IMG/VR virus record: IMGVR_UViG_3300025154_000007
Origin: an uncultured virus (IMG/VR IMGVR_UViG_3300025154_000007)
Lineage: Duplodnaviria; Heunggongvirae; Uroviricota; Caudoviricetes
Direction: 5' to 3' (one strand)
Length of the DNA: 20,000 nucleotides
In this document: positions 15,624-20,000 of the stretch, in pieces
Position numbering within the stretch: the stretch's first letter is position 1
Layout of the letters: each line of letters begins with the position of its first letter
The notes under the pieces: model-generated
Told to the model about the DNA's origin: nothing
What the model saw: the letters and a program-made list of their open reading frames with translations, nothing else
Databases searched by the model: none
Position numbers and translations under genes: made by a program

Positions 15624-15657
15624 AATTGCGGCGAAACCGGCTCCTGCCGGTATGCGG
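15604..15657 (+). ncRNA. Type I hammerhead ribozyme
   Basis: Stem I CCGCA/UGCGG; core CUGAUGA (15609-15615); stem II GCCGC-UGAAAUU-GCGGC; GAAA (15633-15636); stem III CCGGC-UCCU-GCCGG; cleavage triplet GUA (cut 3' of 15652). All core nucleotides are intact. Confidence 0.93.
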
Positions 15658-15682
15658 GAAATATTGATTGAAAGGAGTCAAG

Positions 15683-16606
15683 ATGAAAGCGTATAAAGTT
15701 TTTGATTCAGAATGGAAATGCCGGGGATTCCAGTATAAAGTTGGCGAAACGTATGAGATGAAAGAAAAACCGATTTTATGTGAACAGGGATTTCATGCCT
15801 GCAAAAAAGTAAGCGATTGTTTCAATTACCAAGAATTCAATCCAAAAAACAAAGTTGCCGAAGTTGACTTGATCGGGGATATCGTTGGCGCAGACGGCGA
15901 TAAACAGGCAACGAATAAAATAAATATAATAAAAGAAATCAGCTGGGGCGAGATGCTTGAATTAGCAAATTCCGGTTTGGGGAATAGTGGCTACTGTAAT
16001 AGTGGCGACTGGAATAGTGGCGACCGGAATAGTGGCCACCGGAATAGTGGCGACCGGAATAGTGGCGACCGGAATAGTGGCGACCGGAATAGTGGCCTAT
16101 TTAATAGTGGCGACCGGAATAGTGGCCACCGGAATAGTGGCGACCGGAATAGTGGCTACTGTAATAGTGGCTACTGTAATAGTGGCGACCGGAATAGTGG
16201 CCACCGGAATAGTGGCCACCGGAATAGTGGCGACTGGAATAGTGGCGACCGGAATAGTGGCCTATTTAATAGTGGCGACTGGAATAGTGGCCTATTTAAT
16301 ACCGATGAACCTTTTATACGGATGTTTAACCGTGATACTGCATTTAAAAGAAAGGAAATAAATATTCCACAATGCTTCTATTTTGATTTAACTTCCTGGA
16401 TCGGGCATGATACGGCTACGGATGAAGAAAAAGAAACTTATAAAAAAGAAATAGAAGTATGCGGCGGCTTCCTGAAAACTATTTCTTATAAAGACGCATT
16501 CAAACGTGCATGGGAAAATGCGAGTGAGTCGGAAAAAGAAGAAGTGAAAGAGCTTCCTAATTTTGATACTGATATATTTTTTGAAATATCAGGTATCCGC
16601 ATTTAA
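15683..16606 (+). CDS. Phage pentapeptide-repeat (NSGxx) protein with DUF7666-like N-terminal domain
   Basis: 'KAYKVFD..WKCRGFQYKVGETY......LCEQGFHAC', then (NSGxx)n and a C-terminal 'LPNFD.DIFFEISGI'. Start moved to ATG 15683 (AAGGAG RBS). Confidence 0.88.
   Translation: MKAYKVFDSEWKCRGFQYKVGETYEMKEKPILCEQGFHACKKVSDCFNYQEFNPKNKVAEVDLIGDIVGADGDKQATNKINIIKEISWGEMLELANSGLGNSGYCNSGDWNSGDRNSGHRNSGDRNSGDRNSGDRNSGLFNSGDRNSGHRNSGDRNSGYCNSGYCNSGDRNSGHRNSGHRNSGDWNSGDRNSGLFNSGDWNSGLFNTDEPFIRMFNRDTAFKRKEINIPQCFYFDLTSWIGHDTATDEEKETYKKEIEVCGGFLKTISYKDAFKRAWENASESEKEEVKELPNFDTDIFFEISGIRI
15983..16297 (+). repeat. Coding tandem repeat, 21 x 15 bp (AATAGTGGC-NNNNNN)
   Basis: Invariant 9-mer plus one of five hexamers: GACCGG, CACCGG, GACTGG, TACTGT, CTATTT. 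Confidence 0.97.
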
Positions 16607-16620
16607 TCAAAGGAATTAAT

Positions 16621-16797
16621 ATGATAAATGAAAATGTATATATTTTATGTTTTGACAGAGTAAAATATATATTCGACCGGGAAAACAACAAATATAAAAA
16701 GCAGACTTCGTTTCCCGGCAAATGTGGATTGATCGAAGATTCCAGCAAGGAAGAATTCGACAAGGCAATAAAACAATCCCAGGAGGTGTCGGTATGA
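16621..16797 (+). CDS. Hypothetical protein (58 aa)
   Basis: AAGGA RBS; MINENVYILCFDRVKY...; ATGA overlap with the next gene. Confidence 0.6.
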   Translation: MINENVYILCFDRVKYIFDRENNKYKKQTSFPGKCGLIEDSSKEEFDKAIKQSQEVSV

Positions 16798-17108
16798 CAC
16801 TCGCGGAAGATTTGGATCGGCGTAGCAATCTGTTGCTTTCGCCGACTTCGCGGAAATGTTCCATGGATTGTATCAAACTATGGATCAAAAAATACAATGA
16901 ACTTAAAACTTTCAAGTGGCAAATGAGCATCGAAGAATTGGAACATCCGGCAGATGAACGTGAAAAAAAGAAACTTGATTCCATGGGCATAAATATAAAA
17001 ATATTGGGCGGGAACAATCTCCATGTCTACAAGGAAGTCCACGACAACAAAACCGGAAAGCGGTTGACTTGGGCGGAATTGATCGAACGCGCGAAAGGGA
17101 GGAAATAA
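16794..17108 (+). CDS. Hypothetical protein (104 aa, MTLAEDLDRR...)
   Basis: AGGAGGT RBS before ATG 16794. Confidence 0.7.
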   Translation: MTLAEDLDRRSNLLLSPTSRKCSMDCIKLWIKKYNELKTFKWQMSIEELEHPADEREKKKLDSMGINIKILGGNNLHVYKEVHDNKTGKRLTWAELIERAKGRK

Positions 17109-17109
17109 A

Positions 17110-17505
17110 ATGAGTATTATTGATTTAGGCGACGATACCATAACAATTATGGTTAAAATGGCAAAAGGAAATCCTGGCGCGGTAACGGCTTTGATTGTAT
17201 TATTTGACAATACTACTGAAATTGATCCTGATAATGCATTTGGCCCATTCGGCGGAATTATTCTTCTTGATACATTCGGGATTTATGGAACGGATATCTA
17301 TGTTTTATATAATGACATTTGCGCTAGACAAATTCATTTGATGCTTGCCGTACTGCGTGCCGGACAATTGGGTATCATTTCTTCTTCGGTAATCAAGGAC
17401 GCGGCTTCACGGCAGGATCGAACCGGGAAAACTTTGATTAATGCTCAAGGGCTTTACGATAAAGTAAAGGAACAATTACCGAATTTTGATTCAGGGAGAA
17501 AATGA
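17110..17505 (+). CDS. Phage-type hypothetical protein ('MAKGNPGA' family)
   Basis: 'KMAKGNPGAVTAL' and 'LDTFGIYGTDIYVLYNDIC' motifs; GGAGG RBS. Confidence 0.78.
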   Translation: MSIIDLGDDTITIMVKMAKGNPGAVTALIVLFDNTTEIDPDNAFGPFGGIILLDTFGIYGTDIYVLYNDICARQIHLMLAVLRAGQLGIISSSVIKDAASRQDRTGKTLINAQGLYDKVKEQLPNFDSGRK

Positions 17506-17506
17506 A

Positions 17507-17827
17507 ATGACGCATCCACAATTCACTTCGCAGGCGGCTTATGACAAGACGCACCAAAGAATCAAGGAATTGAAAAAGGCGTATCTTTCAAAAGAATTAA
17601 AAGAAAATGATATCAAGGATATTTTGCGAAGCGAGCTTGGCTACAGCGATTGGGGCGCAAACCATTTCATCCAGAACATAAAAGATGAAACGGAAGCGAA
17701 CAAAAAGCGCATGGCCGAAATAAAGAAAACGAAAAAGCTGATAAAAGAAAGCAAGAATCCTGATGAAATCCAGGAAATGAAAAGCCGGATCAAGTACCTG
17801 GAAATGATGATTCAGGAAACCAAATAA
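17507..17827 (+). CDS. Hypothetical helical protein (106 aa)
   Basis: GGGAG RBS; MTHPQFTSQ... Confidence 0.7.
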   Translation: MTHPQFTSQAAYDKTHQRIKELKKAYLSKELKENDIKDILRSELGYSDWGANHFIQNIKDETEANKKRMAEIKKTKKLIKESKNPDEIQEMKSRIKYLEMMIQETK

Positions 17828-17839
17828 AGGAGTACGAAA

Positions 17840-18031
17840 ATGGATAATTTTTTAATTGGAAAAAAGGTAAAAATATTGGTAGATAATATTTATAAAAATA
17901 GAACTGGAATTATTCAAATGATTTATCCGCGAGGTTTATTTACAGATCGCACTATTTATCAAATAAAACTAAATGAACATCTATCTGGACAGTATACTGA
18001 TACCCAATTTGAATTATTGGAAAATCAATAA
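17840..18031 (+). CDS. Small KOW/SH3-like hypothetical protein
   Basis: 'IGKKVKIL...YKNRTGII' pattern; AAGGAG RBS. Confidence 0.6.
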   Translation: MDNFLIGKKVKILVDNIYKNRTGIIQMIYPRGLFTDRTIYQIKLNEHLSGQYTDTQFELLENQ

Positions 18032-18304
18032 ATGGGTAGGCTGAAAGGCGCCAAATTGACTTCCGAACAAAAAGAAGGGATGGCGCTGAAAAGAGCGTCA
18101 AAAGCCAAGAAACTGGAATCGCAAGTAAATATCCCGATCATAAAAAAGAAAACAAATGAAGTATTGGTGGCGGCTTATGGCTATACGGAAAATGATACCC
18201 ACCCGATACCAATATTTTCATCAGAAATAAATAGCTTTAAAGGTAAAATGTTCAAGACGTTGGAAAAGGCTTGTAGAAAATTTGAAGAAGAAAGGAGTAA
18301 TTAA
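18032..18304 (+). CDS. Basic hypothetical protein (90 aa)
   Basis: ORF track; abuts neighbours. Confidence 0.65.
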   Translation: MGRLKGAKLTSEQKEGMALKRASKAKKLESQVNIPIIKKKTNEVLVAAYGYTENDTHPIPIFSSEINSFKGKMFKTLEKACRKFEEERSN

Positions 18305-18469
18305 ATGTACACACATGAAGCCGATGGGAAAGATGATTATAACTATTGGAGAAAAGAAAGATTGGATTATTTAAATAAACTAATAGAAAATGGGGCTGAC
18401 GACATCGAAGATTATACAGAAGCTAATTTTCTTTTAAATGAAATAAAAAAAGAGAATGAAAAGAAATGA
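18305..18469 (+). CDS. Acidic hypothetical protein (54 aa)
   Basis: AAGGAG RBS; MYTHEADGKDDY...; ATGA overlap with the sigma-like gene. Confidence 0.6.
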   Translation: MYTHEADGKDDYNYWRKERLDYLNKLIENGADDIEDYTEANFLLNEIKKENEKK

Positions 18470-19104
18470 TTGATGCAACCGAAGCATTCAAACAATACCA
18501 GCCTTTAATAGAAGGCTTTACCTGGAAGGCCACAAAAAGATATCGTTATCTGGAACATGAAGATATCAAGCAACAGGCGTATTTAATTTTCTGCGAAGCT
18601 ATTGAAAGATTTGATCCTAGTATGGCTTATGAAGGAAAGGAATCAAAACTATTTTGCACATTTTTATATAATAGGCTTCGGACGCTGAATGATTATTGCA
18701 ACTATAATACCAAATATAAATTAACATATAGTATAGATAATGGAAGCGTAATAAAATGGAACGATAAATCTCCTTATTTAAAAATAAATAGCAAAAGATG
18801 CGGCGAAGAATTATTTATAGATTATGATAAACAAGAAATTGAAGATGCACGTTTTGAACAATTTGAAGCGGCGATGGACAGGCTGGAAAGTTGTCTGGAT
18901 CTTTCCGATGATGCGCAGGAACTTATTGATTTTCTGATAAGCCGGGAATGGGAAATACCGGGAATCGGAAGGGTGCCACATTTATCTTCGGCGAAAAAGT
19001 ATTGCCGATACTGGAAAGGCTGGGCGCATAAACGGACGGAAGCGGCATGGAACGAGGCAAAGGATTGGTGGCAATCCGGCAATCATTTTTTACAAGGAGC
19101 TTAA
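18466..19104 (+). CDS. Phage sigma-70 family (region 2-containing) factor
   Basis: 'YQPLI........Y..LEHEDIKQQAYLIFCEAIERFDP......F.TFLYNRLR' matches the region 2 pattern DLxQEaxxxxxxAxxrFDp..F.Ty. The C-terminus is divergent. Confidence 0.75.
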   Translation: MIDATEAFKQYQPLIEGFTWKATKRYRYLEHEDIKQQAYLIFCEAIERFDPSMAYEGKESKLFCTFLYNRLRTLNDYCNYNTKYKLTYSIDNGSVIKWNDKSPYLKINSKRCGEELFIDYDKQEIEDARFEQFEAAMDRLESCLDLSDDAQELIDFLISREWEIPGIGRVPHLSSAKKYCRYWKGWAHKRTEAAWNEAKDWWQSGNHFLQGA

Positions 19105-19106
19105 AA

Positions 19107-19232
19107 ATGCTTAACTATCCAGACGATGAAGAAAAAGATTATTATTATAATAATGAGTTTGATGATTATATCGATTCGGATAAGCCAATAAAAGATTGGG
19201 TTATCGAACAAGTATTAAGGTATTACATTTAA
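19107..19232 (+). CDS. Small acidic hypothetical protein (41 aa)
   Basis: AAGGAG RBS; MLNYPDDEEKDYYY... Confidence 0.55.
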   Translation: MLNYPDDEEKDYYYNNEFDDYIDSDKPIKDWVIEQVLRYYI

Positions 19233-19316
19233 AAGTAATTCAATTATTTATCAGAATGGGTAAAGCCATTTGGTTTACGTTGATCGATATTGACAGAAAA
19301 TATAAAAATAAAGACG

Positions 19317-19343
19317 TAAATAAGTGATCCATTGTCTATAATA
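19317..19343 (+). promoter_or_regulatory. Promoter, TAAA-N16-TATAATA motif
   Basis: TAAA (19317-19320), 16 nt, TATAAT (19337-19342) in GTCTATAATATT. Confidence 0.6.
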
Positions 19344-19392
19344 TTATAAAGCGCTTAGGACGCTTTTAAGTTCTTGTTCGGAGGGTAAAATC

Positions 19393-20000
19393 ATTTGTGA
19401 TTTTGTAAGTTGGATTACGGCTGGAAGAAAACTTTATTGGCTTGAAGATGATATTATTGAAACAGCCGGATTAGATTTTGAAAATGCCATCGGACATTCG
19501 GCTATCGAGGATTATTATAAAATAAAAGGCGTCCATCATGAGAACTGGCAAAAAGTCCCGATTCAAATCGCCAAAAGAATAAATTCCGGCAATATGGATA
19601 AAATGGCTAAAACTTTTGGCGTTGCCGGTGTACGATATGACGCCAAAGGCTATTGCAAAAATGAATGGTGGTTGAATGCCCAAAAATTTATAAACGGCAT
19701 AGCGAATGTAAAATGGTTTGATAATCATGTGGAAGTAAAAGAAAACTGGAAAGTATTCGATACTTATTCCGCCGCATGGTCCGCCGCATGGTCCGCCGCA
19801 AGGTCCGCCGCAAGGTCCGCCGCATGGTCCGCCGCAAGGTCCGCCGCAAGGTCCGCCGCATGGTCCGCCGCAGAGTCCGCCGCAAGGTCCGCCGCAAGGT
19901 CCGCCGCATGGTCCGCCGCATGGTCCGCCGCATGGTCCGCAGCCGCTATTATTTCCGAAGATCCGATTGCAATTGATTATTTCAATAAAGTTTGGGAAAT
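19393..20000 (+). CDS. Phage protein with (SAAW/SAAR)n tetrapeptide repeats; probable ATT start; runs off the window edge
   Basis: Open frame (I/M)CDFVSWITAGRKLYWLEDD...GHSAIEDYY...VKWFDNH...YSAAWSAAW...; GGAGGG RBS 7 nt before ATT. Missed by the ORF track. Confidence 0.75.
   Translation, partial: MCDFVSWITAGRKLYWLEDDIIETAGLDFENAIGHSAIEDYYKIKGVHHENWQKVPIQIAKRINSGNMDKMAKTFGVAGVRYDAKGYCKNEWWLNAQKFINGIANVKWFDNHVEVKENWKVFDTYSAAWSAAWSAARSAARSAAWSAARSAARSAAWSAAESAARSAARSAAWSAAWSAAWSAAAIISEDPIAIDYFNKVWE
19768..19935 (+). repeat. Coding tandem repeat, 14 x 12 bp (TCCGCCGCA-TGG/AGG/GAG)
   Basis: Invariant 9-mer; third-position codon order W W R R W R R W E R R W W W. Confidence 0.97.

Noticed and set aside
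15983..16297. CRISPR array or DGR template/variable repeat
   Set aside because: Units are 15 bp, in frame and lack unique spacers. No cas or reverse transcriptase gene is present, and variation is not adenine-specific.
15987..16361. Alternative-frame ORF (VATGI)n
   Set aside because: It is a by-product of the stop-free 15-bp repeat and has no RBS; the NSGxx frame has recognisable flanking domains.
19290..19320. TTGACA as a sigma-70 -35 box
   Set aside because: No -10 hexamer at 16-18 nt spacing.
19688..19976. Arg-rich ORFs (MRRT)n and (VRRM)n from the ORF track
   Set aside because: These are shadow frames of the 12-bp repeat; the SAAW frame is continuous with the long upstream reading frame.
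1..20000. Genome-wide stop-codon reassignment
   Set aside because: Genes tile densely under the standard code, and TAA, TAG and TGA all end well-coupled genes. The single in-frame TAA at 14711 is local.

Overview
This looks like a 20-kb piece of a tailed dsDNA phage or prophage genome, probably from a diderm (two-membrane) host; a spirochaete-like host is plausible but unproven. No structural or integrase genes are visible. The left arm (1-11189, minus strand) is a tightly coupled gene run. It contains a CUT1-type carbohydrate/sugar-phosphate ABC uptake module (solute-binding protein, two permeases, a porin-like beta-barrel), an SbcD/Mre11 nuclease, an SbcC/Rad50 ATPase split into separate genes at its zinc hook, and many small hypothetical genes. 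A palindrome-rich divergence region (11190-11731) separates it from the plus-strand arm. That arm has a 437-aa ORF behind a structured leader, a NUMOD protein, an early-type small-ORF cluster, two tandem-repeat proteins and a sigma-70-like factor. The most striking signals are RNA-level. They are a textbook type I hammerhead ribozyme (15604-15657), a circularly permuted twister-like ribozyme (14579-14631) in the same transcription unit, a candidate 97-nt GGA-rich small RNA with its own promoter (8446-8542), several compact pseudoknots (one just after an in-frame stop), and a recurring promoter motif (TAAA-N16-TATAATA). All calls come from reading the sequence by eye; no database searches were run.
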